The notes under the pieces were generated by a model that saw only the letters and a list, made by a program, of their open reading frames with translations, did no database searches and was not told where the DNA came from. Both the position numbers and the translations under genes were made by a program. From contig CALCDB010000187.1 of NCBI GenBank assembly GCA_937901395.1, positions 1-40,860 of the forward strand: a DNA stretch of 40,860 nucleotides, in the 5' to 3' direction. This DNA comes from an uncultured Verrucomicrobiota bacterium (GTDB lineage: Bacteria; Verrucomicrobiota; Kiritimatiellia; RFP12; UBA1067). Positions 15,410 to 25,289 of the stretch are shown in pieces. Each line of letters begins with the position of its first letter. Position 1 is the first letter of the stretch.

Positions 15410-17533
15410 ATGGGCAAGCAAGATAATCAACCACCGAGTCTATTCGACAACTTGGAGATGTTCGGCTCGAAGACAGTGGAGAACAAGGGTCTCACGGGAA
15501 CGGGGCCAATGCGCGATCTATACGATTTCAACTTTCGTCAGTATTCGGCGTATGTAATTTGTTCGCGCGCGATTCCAGCGGTAGAGGATGGGCTGAAGCC
15601 AGTGCAGCGCAGAATAATGCACGCGCTCTTCGAGCAGGACGACGGGCGATATACGAAGGTTGCGAATATCGTCGGGCAGACGATGCAGTATCATCCGCAT
15701 GGAGACGCTTCCATTGGCGATGCGATTGTCGTGTTGGCGAACAAGCTATGGGGAAAGGGCAAGGGCTATCTCATCGACGGACAGGGAAACTACGGTTCGT
15801 TGCTCACTGGTATGCCGCATGCGGCGGTTAGGTATATAGAATGCAGATTGACGGAACTGGCGAAGAACGAAGTCTTCAACAAGAAAACGACGGATTACGT
15901 TCCAAACTACGATGGGCGAAAGGAAGAGCCAGTTTATTTGCCAGCGAAGATTCCGCTATTGTTAATGCTGGGAGCGGATGGTATCGCAGTTGGACTTTCC
16001 ACATCGATTTTGCCGCATAATTTCATTGAGCTGTTGGAAGCGGAGATATGTCTCATTCAGAAGAAGCCCTTTGAACTCTACCCCGATTTCCAATTGGGCG
16101 GAGTGATGGACGTAAGCGAATATCAGGATGGGCTTGGTAAGATCAAGGTGCGGGCGCGAATCGAGAAGGAAGATAAGAACAAGTTGGTGATAACCGAACT
16201 GCCGTGGGGCGAGACGACGGACTCGCTTGCGGAGTCGATTGAGGAAGCAATCAAGAAGAAAAAAGTTCCAGTTCGAAAGCTCCACGATCTTACCAGCGAT
16301 ACGGTGAAGATCGAGTTGGAATTGCAGACGGGTGAGAGCCAAGAGAAGGCGATCGTAGCGCTTTACGCATTCACGAACTGCGAGAAGGCGATATCATCGC
16401 GGCCAATCGTATTGGATAACGGGCGGCCGCGTCAGATGAGCGTGCGGGAGATACTTAAGAAGAATGTGGAGCGCTTGACAGCGCTCACCAAGCGCGAACA
16501 GGAAATCAGATTGGGTGAATTGGACGATCTCTTTCACGCGAGAACATTGGATCGCATCTTCATAGAAGAGCGCATCTACAAGCGCATCGAACACGAGAAG
16601 ACGATGGAAGGCATTCAATCAACGGTAAAGGAAGGGTTCAAGCCATTCCGCAAGGAGTTGCGGCGTGATGTAACCAATGAGGACATCGAGCGGCTATTGA
16701 AACTGCAAATCCGCCGCATCTCGCAATTTGATATCGACAAGAACCGGAAAGAGATAGAGGATATCAAGGCGGAAGAGAAAACGGTAAAGGACAATCTCGT
16801 TCACCTAAGGGCGTTCGTGGTAGCGTATCTTAAGGACCTCATCAAGAAATACAAGAAGAGCTATCCGCGACACACCGAAATAATGAAGGGGGCGTTCAAG
16901 CAAGTCGACGTAAAGGCGATTACGGCGAGCGAACTCACCATCAAGTGGGACAAGGAAAACAATTTCGTCGGCTCTGGTCTTCGCGGGGGAGATGAACTCT
17001 TCAAATGCTCATCGTTGGATGAGCTTATCTTCATCTGGAAAGACGGGCGTTTCAAGAAGATGCAGCCTGAAGACAAAGTGTTCGTTGACAAAGACCTATA
17101 TATGGTGCTACGATACGATCAAGAGAAAGAGCGGGATAGCAGAGATTTCACGCTGGTGTACGAGGAATGCAAATACAACTTCAGTTATATCAAGCGCTTC
17201 ACATTCGGCGGGCTAATACGCAACAAGGAATATCATCTATCGCCGCCGAAGACGAAGATACTGTATTTCACGGAAGGTTGTGCAGATACGATATATGTGA
17301 AGTATAAGCCAGCGAAAGGGCAGAAGATACATCAGCAATATTTTTTGCCAAAGGAGCAGGTCGTTCGCACGAATATGTCCACAGGCAAACCTGAGAAGCA
17401 AGATGTGGTTTTGATTCGCACGGCGGGAACCAAGGGGAAGCAACTTTCCACGAAGCCGATTGCGAGAATCTCATCGACGAAAGGCGCGTGGTGGGATGAG
17501 AAGGAAACTCCATCAAAAGGCGTATTGGACTAA
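15410..17533 (+). CDS. parC: Type IIA topoisomerase subunit A (topoisomerase IV ParC-type, Bacteroidetes/PVC-like short form)
   Basis: 707 aa. DGLKPVQRRIMHAL, QYHPHGDASIGDAIV and the catalytic Tyr context AAVRYIECRL. It starts 3 nt after parE. Confidence 0.85.
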   Translation: MGKQDNQPPSLFDNLEMFGSKTVENKGLTGTGPMRDLYDFNFRQYSAYVICSRAIPAVEDGLKPVQRRIMHALFEQDDGRYTKVANIVGQTMQYHPHGDASIGDAIVVLANKLWGKGKGYLIDGQGNYGSLLTGMPHAAVRYIECRLTELAKNEVFNKKTTDYVPNYDGRKEEPVYLPAKIPLLLMLGADGIAVGLSTSILPHNFIELLEAEICLIQKKPFELYPDFQLGGVMDVSEYQDGLGKIKVRARIEKEDKNKLVITELPWGETTDSLAESIEEAIKKKKVPVRKLHDLTSDTVKIELELQTGESQEKAIVALYAFTNCEKAISSRPIVLDNGRPRQMSVREILKKNVERLTALTKREQEIRLGELDDLFHARTLDRIFIEERIYKRIEHEKTMEGIQSTVKEGFKPFRKELRRDVTNEDIERLLKLQIRRISQFDIDKNRKEIEDIKAEEKTVKDNLVHLRAFVVAYLKDLIKKYKKSYPRHTEIMKGAFKQVDVKAITASELTIKWDKENNFVGSGLRGGDELFKCSSLDELIFIWKDGRFKKMQPEDKVFVDKDLYMVLRYDQEKERDSRDFTLVYEECKYNFSYIKRFTFGGLIRNKEYHLSPPKTKILYFTEGCADTIYVKYKPAKGQKIHQQYFLPKEQVVRTNMSTGKPEKQDVVLIRTAGTKGKQLSTKPIARISSTKGAWWDEKETPSKGVLD

Positions 17534-17551
17534 TCACAACGAAAGGAAATA

Positions 17552-20068
17552 ATGATGAAGACTAAATTGGCGATGGTATTGGCGATGATGACATCGTCAT
17601 TGGCGATGGCGGAACGCGCATCGTTTGATTTCGGATGGAAGTTCAAATATTTCGGCAAGGGCGAGGCGAGTAGCATCGAACCTGCGCAAATTGGATACGA
17701 TGAAAAGGGCTTCAAGGCGGTGCAATTACCTCATGATTGGGCGATTGAAAGTGAATTTCTTTCGGAGGAGCCGAACGAGACGGGCAAGTTACCTTGGGAT
17801 GGCTACGGGTGGTATCGCAAGACCTTCACGATACCAACGAACTTCAATGCGAACAACGATCGTTACTATCTTGATTTCGATGGAGTGATGGCGCAGCCGA
17901 AGATTTACGTAAACGGGAAGTTTGCGGGAGAATGGGCGTATGGGTATGCATCATTCCAAATCGACATCACCCCGTTCATAAAGAGCGGAGAGAACTTGGT
18001 AGCGGTAGTAGCGAGCAACAAGCCTCGCTCCACGAGATGGTACCCCGGGGCGGGCATTTATCGGCACGTATGGTTGGAGTCTACGGGCACGACGCACATT
18101 GGCAAGTGGGGAATACAGGTAACGACGCCGAAGATAACGGGGACGGCTGCGACGGTGAAGATCGTTACGAGCATCGACAACACGGGGAACCGCGATTGCG
18201 AAGTAACGGTCGAGCAAGAGGTAGGCAATATCAGCGCCAAACCGGAGAAGGTAAAGATAGCGGCTGGCAGTTCGGCATCGGTAGAGCAGACGCTGACATT
18301 GCCATCACCAAAGCTTTGGAATGTAGAAAAGCCGGAGCTTTACAAATTGCTGACGGTAGTAAAGGCGGGCTCGACGGTAATAGATCGTGATAAGACGATG
18401 TTCGGTGTTCGGAAGATTGAGTGGAAGGAAGATGGGTTTTACTTGAACGACAAGCGCATTCCCCTAAATGGCGTTTGCGAGCATCATGACTTGGGGCCGT
18501 TGGGTTCGGCGTTTTACGTGCGTGGCTATGAGCGTAAGATTCGCAAGCTCAAGGCGATGGGGTGCAATGCTATTCGCATGACCCACAATCCACCAGCGCC
18601 GGAAGTGCTTGACCTTTGCGATCGCATGGGCATGTTGGTATTGGATGAACTCTTCGACATCTGGAAGCACCAAAAGTACGATAAGGTAAATGGCTATCAC
18701 CGCTATTGGCCGGAGTGGTGGCAAAAGGATGTAAAAAATTTCGTGATGCGCGATCGCAATCACCCATGCATAATCGCGTGGAGCGGAGGCAATGAGATTA
18801 GTGAAATCACGACGAGCGATGGAGTGGAGATCTCCAATAACCTGCGAGCAGAATTTAAGAAGTATGATAACACGCGTCCATATACGGTCGGCACGAACGC
18901 GATGGGCGGAATGAGCAATGGGTTCCAGAAGACGGAAGACGTGTTCGGCTTCAACTACAAGCCGCATAGTTACGGCAAGTTTCATGAAATCAATCCGGGG
19001 CAGCCATTGTACGCTTCGGAAACGGCTTCATGCGTTGCGACCAGAGATACGTACTTCTTCCCGATGGGCTGGGGGAGCGGCAGTGGGCAGCAGAATTTCC
19101 AAGTCAGTTGCTGGGGAACTTCTGCGGTGCCGTGGGGAAATGTGGCGGATATCGAATTCGCGGCGCAGAAGCGAGATGGCAAGGTAGCCGGCGAGTTCGT
19201 GTGGACGGGGTTTGATTATTTGGGCGAGCCGACGCCATATAATCAAGATCGTTCCAATGCCGGCAATTTCAAGGATCTTTCTGAGGCCGAGCAGAAGAAG
19301 ATGATGGCGATGTTGGAAAAGACAGGCAACAAGGCGCCCAGCAGAAGTTCATATTTTGGAATAATCGATCTCGCGGGATTTCCGAAGGATCATTATTATC
19401 TTTATCAAAGCGTGTGGGCGCCAGATGTCAAGCAGGCGCATATCCTACCGCATTGGAATTGGCAGGGACGTGAAGGCCAGGTAACGCCAGTAGTAGTATA
19501 CACAAGCGGAGACGAAGCGGAGTTGTTTCTCAATGGCGATAGTCAAGGCGTGAGACGGCGCGGAGATGGGGGGACGTTCTCGCAAAATGGAATAACGGTT
19601 GGTAAGAACGAATTTCGCTTTGTGTGGGAAGATGTAAAGTATCAGCCGGGGAAGTTGTCGGTAAAGGTGAAGAAACAGGGCAAGGCGTGGGCGGAGGCGA
19701 CGCGGGTAACCACGGGAGAGGCCAAAGCGGTCATCGCCACGGATATTGATCGCAAGACATTAAAGGGCAATGGGCGCGATCTGGCGTTCATAGAACTCGC
19801 GATTGTGGATGTAAATGGGAATGTGGTGCCAACTGATTGCAGGGCGGTGGAGTTTTCCGTTACTGGTCCAGCAAAGCTGATTGGCTTTTGCAATGGCAAT
19901 CCCGTAGATTGGACGTGCATGCAAAACCCAAGTCAGCATTTTTTCAATGGTAGAATTTTGGCGGTATTACGGGGCGAGTATAAGGAATCTGGCAAGGCGG
20001 AGGTCGTGGTTAAAGCGAAGGGCTTACCACCGCTAAAATTACCATTCGAGGTAATCAAGAAACATTAA
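17552..20068 (+). CDS. Secreted glycoside hydrolase family 2 (beta-galactosidase/beta-glucuronidase-like)
   Basis: 838 aa with a signal peptide. GH2 sugar-binding WYRKTF, acid/base region NHPCIIAWSGGNEI, and C-terminal GH2-associated domains. Confidence 0.85.
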   Translation: MMKTKLAMVLAMMTSSLAMAERASFDFGWKFKYFGKGEASSIEPAQIGYDEKGFKAVQLPHDWAIESEFLSEEPNETGKLPWDGYGWYRKTFTIPTNFNANNDRYYLDFDGVMAQPKIYVNGKFAGEWAYGYASFQIDITPFIKSGENLVAVVASNKPRSTRWYPGAGIYRHVWLESTGTTHIGKWGIQVTTPKITGTAATVKIVTSIDNTGNRDCEVTVEQEVGNISAKPEKVKIAAGSSASVEQTLTLPSPKLWNVEKPELYKLLTVVKAGSTVIDRDKTMFGVRKIEWKEDGFYLNDKRIPLNGVCEHHDLGPLGSAFYVRGYERKIRKLKAMGCNAIRMTHNPPAPEVLDLCDRMGMLVLDELFDIWKHQKYDKVNGYHRYWPEWWQKDVKNFVMRDRNHPCIIAWSGGNEISEITTSDGVEISNNLRAEFKKYDNTRPYTVGTNAMGGMSNGFQKTEDVFGFNYKPHSYGKFHEINPGQPLYASETASCVATRDTYFFPMGWGSGSGQQNFQVSCWGTSAVPWGNVADIEFAAQKRDGKVAGEFVWTGFDYLGEPTPYNQDRSNAGNFKDLSEAEQKKMMAMLEKTGNKAPSRSSYFGIIDLAGFPKDHYYLYQSVWAPDVKQAHILPHWNWQGREGQVTPVVVYTSGDEAELFLNGDSQGVRRRGDGGTFSQNGITVGKNEFRFVWEDVKYQPGKLSVKVKKQGKAWAEATRVTTGEAKAVIATDIDRKTLKGNGRDLAFIELAIVDVNGNVVPTDCRAVEFSVTGPAKLIGFCNGNPVDWTCMQNPSQHFFNGRILAVLRGEYKESGKAEVVVKAKGLPPLKLPFEVIKKH

Positions 20069-20996
20069 TCGCCCAAGCGGGCAATGGGGTTCTGATTTCG
20101 CAATCCACGCCACTGGTTGGATGCTTAAAGGCGACCGATAGGGCGTGCAGGCAGTGTCCGCATTGATTCTCGATGGCGAAGGCGCCATATAGGCGGTCGT
20201 TGATGATGTGCATGCCCCCAAGCGCGAGTTGTGCGCGAATTTGATGGGTTACGCCAGTATAGATGGTAACCTCCAGAAGCGTACGCTCTTCGTTTTCGTT
20301 CATAGTATGACCGATGGGACGAAATTGGGTGACTGCATGCAATGCCCTTAGTTTAGCCACTTCCGCGTGAGTGAGGCGATTATGATGAGCGTCGACCATC
20401 TTGCAGAGGGACAGTGTTGGATCGTGAATGAGATCGTTTTCGAGCGTACCGCCTACAGTGACTGCGCCTTCCACGAGCGCCAGATAGGTCTTCTTCACGG
20501 TTTGAGCGGAAAACTGCGCTCGCAAGGAGGTGAATGCATTTTGGTTACGTGCAACCAAGACGAGTCCGGAAGTATCGGCATCAATACGATGAAGGGCGCC
20601 GGCCATCAGGGGTTGATCGCCGAGCATACGACACTCTTCATAGCGCGTAATAACGGCATTCATCAGCGTGCCAGTTTCATGACAGTTCAACGGCTGCACT
20701 GGCATTCCAGCGGGCTTGTCGAATGCCAAGAGAGAATCATCCTCAAATATCGGCGGCGGACATCTACCATCGGGCAGAACCAGATTGTCCTTCGCTTCCA
20801 ATAGCGATAGTATCTTAAGTCTCTCTCCGCCTTTGAGTTTAAGGCCTTTGGCCGCTCGCCTGCCATTAACCAAGATATTGCCGGCATTTATGGCTTCGCG
20901 AATAAATGCTCTTGTTGAAGTAGTGAAGATGGCAAGAAGGGCGGCATCCAAACGGACGCCGCCCTCGTTCACCGTTATCTCACGGTTATCAATCAT
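20055..20996 (-). CDS. RluA-family pseudouridine synthase with S4 domain (second RluD-like paralog)
   Basis: 313 aa. Catalytic HRIDADTSGLVLVAR and C-terminal GVTHQIRAQL. The 3' end overlaps the GH2 3' end by 14 nt (convergent). Confidence 0.8.
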   Translation of the reverse strand: MIDNREITVNEGGVRLDAALLAIFTTSTRAFIREAINAGNILVNGRRAAKGLKLKGGERLKILSLLEAKDNLVLPDGRCPPPIFEDDSLLAFDKPAGMPVQPLNCHETGTLMNAVITRYEECRMLGDQPLMAGALHRIDADTSGLVLVARNQNAFTSLRAQFSAQTVKKTYLALVEGAVTVGGTLENDLIHDPTLSLCKMVDAHHNRLTHAEVAKLRALHAVTQFRPIGHTMNENEERTLLEVTIYTGVTHQIRAQLALGGMHIINDRLYGAFAIENQCGHCLHALSVAFKHPTSGVDCEIRTPLPAWAINVS

Positions 20997-21153
20997 ATTG
21001 GTTCATGACTGATGGAGCGATAGGAGCGATACCTTCCCAATTCTTATTAGAAGCCCAAGGAAGATCGCTATCCTCGGCGGTGTCGGCGATACAGCCCGCC
21101 AACACCGTAAGCACGAAGGCCATCAACAGAGCCTTAATCAGCGAAGATGACAT
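20989..21153 (-). CDS. Untracked 54-aa lipoprotein ORF (MSSSLIKALLMAFVLTVLAGCIADTAEDSDLPWASNKNWEGIAPIAPSVMNQYD)
   Basis: Hand translation of the - strand gives a classical n/h-region plus lipobox LAG|C. It overlaps the upstream coiled-coil gene by 20 nt and the downstream rluD-like start by 8 nt (ATGATTGA). It falls below the 60-aa cutoff of the ORF track. Confidence 0.5.
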   Translation of the reverse strand: MSSSLIKALLMAFVLTVLAGCIADTAEDSDLPWASNKNWEGIAPIAPSVMNQYD

Positions 21154-22273
21154 CGTTTGCATTGAGTTTATCCTGTTCCCACGCGCTGAGAATATCGCAA
21201 ATTACGTAATTCTTACCCTTGACTTCCTGACGGAGTTTGATGCGACCGACGAATTCGCCGGTATCGCCCTTGTTGAAGCCAGGACGACGCACGCCGAGCT
21301 CAATTGCTGGCAATGGACGGGTAAGCTCCTCACCCTTGAGTTCCTTCATGGCCTCATCGGTGAACTTGACAATCGCGAACATATTCTCGTTATCAGCCGA
21401 GATGATTACTCCCTTATCGCCGATAGGAAGCGACTCAACGGCAATACCATTGCCTTCGCCACGCTGACCCGCGGTCGGTACCATTTCCTTCATCATCTTC
21501 TTGAGCTGCTCGACGAGCTTAATCTGCTTTGCGATTTCTTCCTTAGCAGCTTCGATATCCGCATCCTTATTCGCGATCTCATCCTTCAAGGAAGCGTTTT
21601 CGCCGTTGAGCTCGTCGATTTGCGAATTCTTACGGGTAACTTGATCTTCAAGATCTGCCTTAATACCCTCAAGTTCAGAAATCTTCTTATCGCGTTCGAC
21701 GATGGTTACCTTATCTTGACGAGCTTCGCCTTTGAGCTTATTCAGTTCGCCGACGACATTTTCGAGTTTCCCGTGAATGTCGGTCAATGCCTTACGGGTA
21801 TTATTGAGACGAGCCTGCTGCTTTTTGGCGCTATCAAAGAGCTGATTCAACTTCTTATCAGCGTTACTGCCGGCGATTACGAAATCATCGCCCTCGCGGA
21901 TTGGATTGCCCTCTGGATCGAGCTGATAGATTTGGCGCAGCGATTCGATGAGCCCCATATCAGAATCTTTCCATGAATAGGTTTCAAGATTCTGCTTTTC
22001 GAGTTCCGCTGGATAATCATCGAGCAGATTTTCCATATCTGGGGAGTCAACGATTTCGGCCTCGACCGCAGAAACATCCTTATTTATAGTAGCAACGTCT
22101 TTTTGAGGATCGGCCTTTTCGATGGTATTGGCCACCTGGAAAATGCAATCACGCAATCGCTTATTACGATCGGTAAGCTCAGTGCGCTTGGCATTGAGTT
22201 GGTACTCAAAAAACAGAGCGACCCCGGCGAGAACCAGGAACACGTAAACAAGAACGTGCAACACTTTATTCAT
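21134..22273 (-). CDS. Membrane-anchored coiled-coil protein, function unknown
   Basis: 379 aa. N-terminal TM (VLHVLVYVFLVLAGVALFF), a long heptad-rich acidic/basic middle (KISELEGIKADLEDQV..KDEIANKDADIEAAKEEIAKQ), and a C-terminal globular domain of about 110 aa. Confidence 0.6.
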   Translation of the reverse strand: MNKVLHVLVYVFLVLAGVALFFEYQLNAKRTELTDRNKRLRDCIFQVANTIEKADPQKDVATINKDVSAVEAEIVDSPDMENLLDDYPAELEKQNLETYSWKDSDMGLIESLRQIYQLDPEGNPIREGDDFVIAGSNADKKLNQLFDSAKKQQARLNNTRKALTDIHGKLENVVGELNKLKGEARQDKVTIVERDKKISELEGIKADLEDQVTRKNSQIDELNGENASLKDEIANKDADIEAAKEEIAKQIKLVEQLKKMMKEMVPTAGQRGEGNGIAVESLPIGDKGVIISADNENMFAIVKFTDEAMKELKGEELTRPLPAIELGVRRPGFNKGDTGEFVGRIKLRQEVKGKNYVICDILSAWEQDKLNANDVIFAD

Positions 22274-22307
22274 AAGATTCTTCTATCCTTTCAACTTACT
22301 GGGGAGA

Positions 22308-22336
22308 ATAATACACAATTTTTTCGATTTGTGCAA
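22308..22336 (-). promoter_or_regulatory. Sigma70-like promoter TTGCAC-17 nt-TATTAT for the - strand operon
   Basis: Read on the reverse complement of the 97-nt divergent gap. The -10 hexamer lies about 35 nt upstream of ATG 22273. Confidence 0.4.
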
Positions 22337-22354
22337 GAGGGAATCGTCTTTTTT

Positions 22355-22363
22355 TGATAAAAT
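22355..22363 (+). promoter_or_regulatory. Extended -10-like box TGATAAAAT, 7 nt upstream of the probable GTG start of tgt
   Basis: Located in the divergent gap. No Shine-Dalgarno lies between it and GTG 22371. Confidence 0.3.
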
Positions 22364-22370
22364 ATGCGTC

Positions 22371-23480
22371 GTGAGTTTTAAAGTAATAAAAGAAGATAGT
22401 GCAACGGAAGCCCGTCTTGGACGGGTTATGACCGCTCATGGAGCGATAGAAACGCCAGTCTTCATGGATGTTGGCACATTGGGCACGGTGAAGGCGTTGG
22501 AGCCGCGCGACTTAAAAGAACTGCGCACGCAAGTCGTGCTCGGCAATACGTATCATCTTATGCTACGACCTGGCGCGGAGGTAATCGCGGCGGCGGGGGG
22601 ACTGCACAAGTTCATGGGTTGGGATGGTCCGATACTCACGGATTCGGGCGGGTTCCAAGTATTTTCGCTCGCGAAGATGCGCAAGCTAACGGAAGATGGT
22701 TGTCGCTTCAATTCGCACATTGACGGGCATGAGTTTTTCTTGGGACCGAAGGAATCAATGGCGATGCAACGAATAATCGGTTCCGATATCGCGATGGTGT
22801 TCGACGAATGCCTGCCGTATCCATGTGAACGGGAGCGAGCGGAGAAGTCGGTCGAGCAGACCTTGCGCTGGGCGGCGCGATCCAAAGACGAGCCTCACGC
22901 GGAGAATCAGCAGATATTTGGAATCGTGCAAGGTGGGGTCTATGACGAGCTTCGAAGGCATTGCGCGGAGGAATTGGTGCAGATCGGTTTTGATGGCTAT
23001 GCGATTGGAGGAGTATCGGTTGGCGAACCGGAGGAGTGCATGTATCAAGCGGTGGAGGCGAGCGTACCTTATTTACCGAAGGACAAGCCACGATATGTAA
23101 TGGGCCTCGGGGTAATGCATCAAATGGCGGAATGCGTAGCTCGCGGAGTGGATATGTTTGATTGTGTTATTCCGACGCGAATCGCCCGCCATGGAACGGC
23201 GATTACGCGACATGGTAACATCGCCATAAAGGCGGCGAAATGGATTTATGACAACGGGCCAGTGGAGGATGGGTGCGATTGCTATTGTTGCCGTAATTTT
23301 TCGCGCTCGTATGTTCGGCATCTAATCGCGTGTGGAGAGATTTTAGGTTTGCGACTATTGACCATACATAATGTATACGCATTGAATCGCTTCATGGTGG
23401 AAATGCGCGAGGCGATAGCGGATGGAAGTTTTAAGGTCTGGAAGGACAAAATAAGAAAGGAAACAACACAGAATGAATAA
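22371..23480 (+). CDS. tgt: Queuine tRNA-ribosyltransferase (tRNA-guanine transglycosylase)
   Basis: SFKVIKEDSATEARLGRVMTAHGAIETPVFM matches the canonical Tgt N-terminus. LTDSGGFQVFSL and the Zn site CDCYCC..H are present. The start could instead be TTG 22329 (track). yajC downstream is the classical synteny. Confidence 0.9.
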   Translation: MSFKVIKEDSATEARLGRVMTAHGAIETPVFMDVGTLGTVKALEPRDLKELRTQVVLGNTYHLMLRPGAEVIAAAGGLHKFMGWDGPILTDSGGFQVFSLAKMRKLTEDGCRFNSHIDGHEFFLGPKESMAMQRIIGSDIAMVFDECLPYPCERERAEKSVEQTLRWAARSKDEPHAENQQIFGIVQGGVYDELRRHCAEELVQIGFDGYAIGGVSVGEPEECMYQAVEASVPYLPKDKPRYVMGLGVMHQMAECVARGVDMFDCVIPTRIARHGTAITRHGNIAIKAAKWIYDNGPVEDGCDCYCCRNFSRSYVRHLIACGEILGLRLLTIHNVYALNRFMVEMREAIADGSFKVWKDKIRKETTQNE

Positions 23481-23847
23481 TGCAATAATTCTTTGTGATG
23501 CGGCACCTGCCGCACCAGCGAGCGCGGGCGAGACACCAGCGGGTGCTCAGCCGCAAGGAGCGGGCGGCTTCGGAGGAATGATGATACCGATGCTCCTTAT
23601 ATTGGGCATCTTCTACTTCATGATGATTCGTCCGCAACAACGCAAGGAGAAGGAACGCCGTAAGATGATAGAGGAGTTGCGCGCGGGAGCCAAGGTGATT
23701 TTCGCAGGCGGGTTGATGGGAACCATCAGCGAGGCGACGGATAAGACGTTTAAGGTCGAAATTGCGCCTGGGACGATTATAGAGATTGCGCGTAGTTGCG
23801 TGACGGGCGTAGTGAGTTCCGAAGGAGAAGCGCAAGCGGTTAAGTAA
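23473..23847 (+). CDS. yajC: Preprotein translocase subunit YajC
   Basis: The TM plus FYFMMIRPQQRKEKERRKM motif is diagnostic. 8-nt overlap with tgt. Confidence 0.85.
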   Translation: MNNAIILCDAAPAAPASAGETPAGAQPQGAGGFGGMMIPMLLILGIFYFMMIRPQQRKEKERRKMIEELRAGAKVIFAGGLMGTISEATDKTFKVEIAPGTIIEIARSCVTGVVSSEGEAQAVK

Positions 23848-23852
23848 GAAAC

Positions 23853-24734
23853 ATGTCATTAGCGCGCGGCAAGTATGGCATAGAATACAACCCACGCCAG
23901 ATGGAAGGAGATTCCTCTGGCATAGGGTGGCTATTCCTGATTGTTTTCGTAATTGCAATAGCATCGTTCAGTTGGCAGCTAATTGGGCGATGGCGTTCCG
24001 CCTCTGCCGCGCGTAAAGAGGCGGAACAATTTGAACAGATTGTGCAGAAGGAAATGGAGACATCCGCCATTGCGTCTGATACGGCAAAGCCAGTAGAAGT
24101 AGAAGCAAAGGCGGTGGAACCAAAGGTCGAGGTTTCGGCGATGTCGAAGCGTCCGGCGAAAGTCAGGAATTTATTGATGCGGCTTGATGAAGCAGAAAAG
24201 GCGCGAGATGTAGACTTGGCTGCAACGACCATTGAGACATTGAGGGCACTGCCGGGTTCGCCGGTTGCGGATCTCGATGATCTACTCGCGCGTCGCTTGG
24301 GTCGACTCAACATCAAGCGCCTATTCGTTCAACACAATGCGCAATGGATAAAGACGATTGAGGTAAAGCGCGGGGATAGCGCTTCGCGCATCGCCTTTGA
24401 GCACGGATCAACATTGGCATCGTTCGCCAAGCTAAATGGCGGCAATATGGATCGAATCGTCGTGGGGGCGAAGATGTTGGTTATGAATCATCCACGTTTC
24501 AATTTGGTCATTCATCTGCGTTCTCGCACGGCGGATCTTGCGCTCAACGGCAAGTTTTTCAAGAGATATGATCTTAAGGATGAGCCGAAAGCGAAGACGG
24601 GGGCGTATGAGATACCCACGGATTCGCGCCGTCAATTTTGGCAGATGCTTGGTGTGGTTATGAGCGGCGACGATCAAACGGAGATAGATATGCTTATGCC
24701 GAATGGGGCAAGCGTATTGATTTCGGAGATGTGA
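23853..24734 (+). CDS. Membrane-anchored LysM-domain protein
   Basis: N-terminal TM (IGWLFLIVFVIAIASF). LysM motif IEVKRGDSASRIAFEHGSTLASFAKLNGGNMDRIVVGAKMLV. Confidence 0.65.
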   Translation: MSLARGKYGIEYNPRQMEGDSSGIGWLFLIVFVIAIASFSWQLIGRWRSASAARKEAEQFEQIVQKEMETSAIASDTAKPVEVEAKAVEPKVEVSAMSKRPAKVRNLLMRLDEAEKARDVDLAATTIETLRALPGSPVADLDDLLARRLGRLNIKRLFVQHNAQWIKTIEVKRGDSASRIAFEHGSTLASFAKLNGGNMDRIVVGAKMLVMNHPRFNLVIHLRSRTADLALNGKFFKRYDLKDEPKAKTGAYEIPTDSRRQFWQMLGVVMSGDDQTEIDMLMPNGASVLISEM

Positions 24735-24737
24735 CGA

Positions 24738-25289
24738 ATGAGAATCACGGGGGGCGAGTTTAGCGGTAGATTACTGGCGGTGCCGAAGTCGGACTTGATT
24801 CGTCCAACGCAGGATCGAGTTCGTTTAGCATTATTTAACATTCTTTCATCGGAGATCGCGGGAGCCGAGTTCTTGGATTTATTCGCGGGGTCGGGAGCGG
24901 TTGGGATAGAGGCGCTTTCACGTGGGGCTACAAGCGCGACATTCGTCGAAGGGAATCGTCGACATGCCGCCATAATAGAAAAGAACGCATCGGCATTAGC
25001 CATACGTAACGCCACGGTCGTAGTTGCAGATGCATATCGTTGGATTGAACATTATGTCGGGAATGGATATACAATCGCATTCGCCGATCCGCCCTATGCG
25101 CTTGGCGAGGAAAAGGGGTACGGAAAAGTGCTTGAGCGTTTAGCGATGCGAGGAGTGGTGAGGGTGAACGGGCTTTTCATAGCGGAGATGACGGCGGTGC
25201 AGCATACCGAGCAAACGCCTAATTGGGAACTCTTGCGTGATCGCACTTATGGCAAGACCCGCATTTGCATTTGGAGGAGGACAAAATGA
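24738..25289 (+). CDS. rsmD: 16S rRNA (guanine966-N2)-methyltransferase
   Basis: [31 protein letters not shown] motif [19 protein letters not shown] and DPPY. Confidence 0.85.
   Translation: MRITGGEFSGRLLAVPKSDLIRPTQDRVRLALFNILSSEIAGAEFLDLFAGSGAVGIEALSRGATSATFVEGNRRHAAIIEKNASALAIRNATVVVADAYRWIEHYVGNGYTIAFADPPYALGEEKGYGKVLERLAMRGVVRVNGLFIAEMTAVQHTEQTPNWELLRDRTYGKTRICIWRRTK

Noticed and set aside
20055-20068. 14-nt convergent overlap of the GH2 and - strand RluD-like 3' ends, with no intervening terminator.
   Set aside because: The overlap is real, but it is a common feature of compact genomes. No extra structure or ORF is associated with it.
21005-21976. 323-aa + strand ORF opposite the coiled-coil gene.
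   Set aside because: Its Leu/Ile/Phe-rich sequence is the expected antisense image of a Glu/Lys/Asp-rich coiled coil. The - strand frame has a TM anchor, a promoter and operon overlaps, and the + frame has none.
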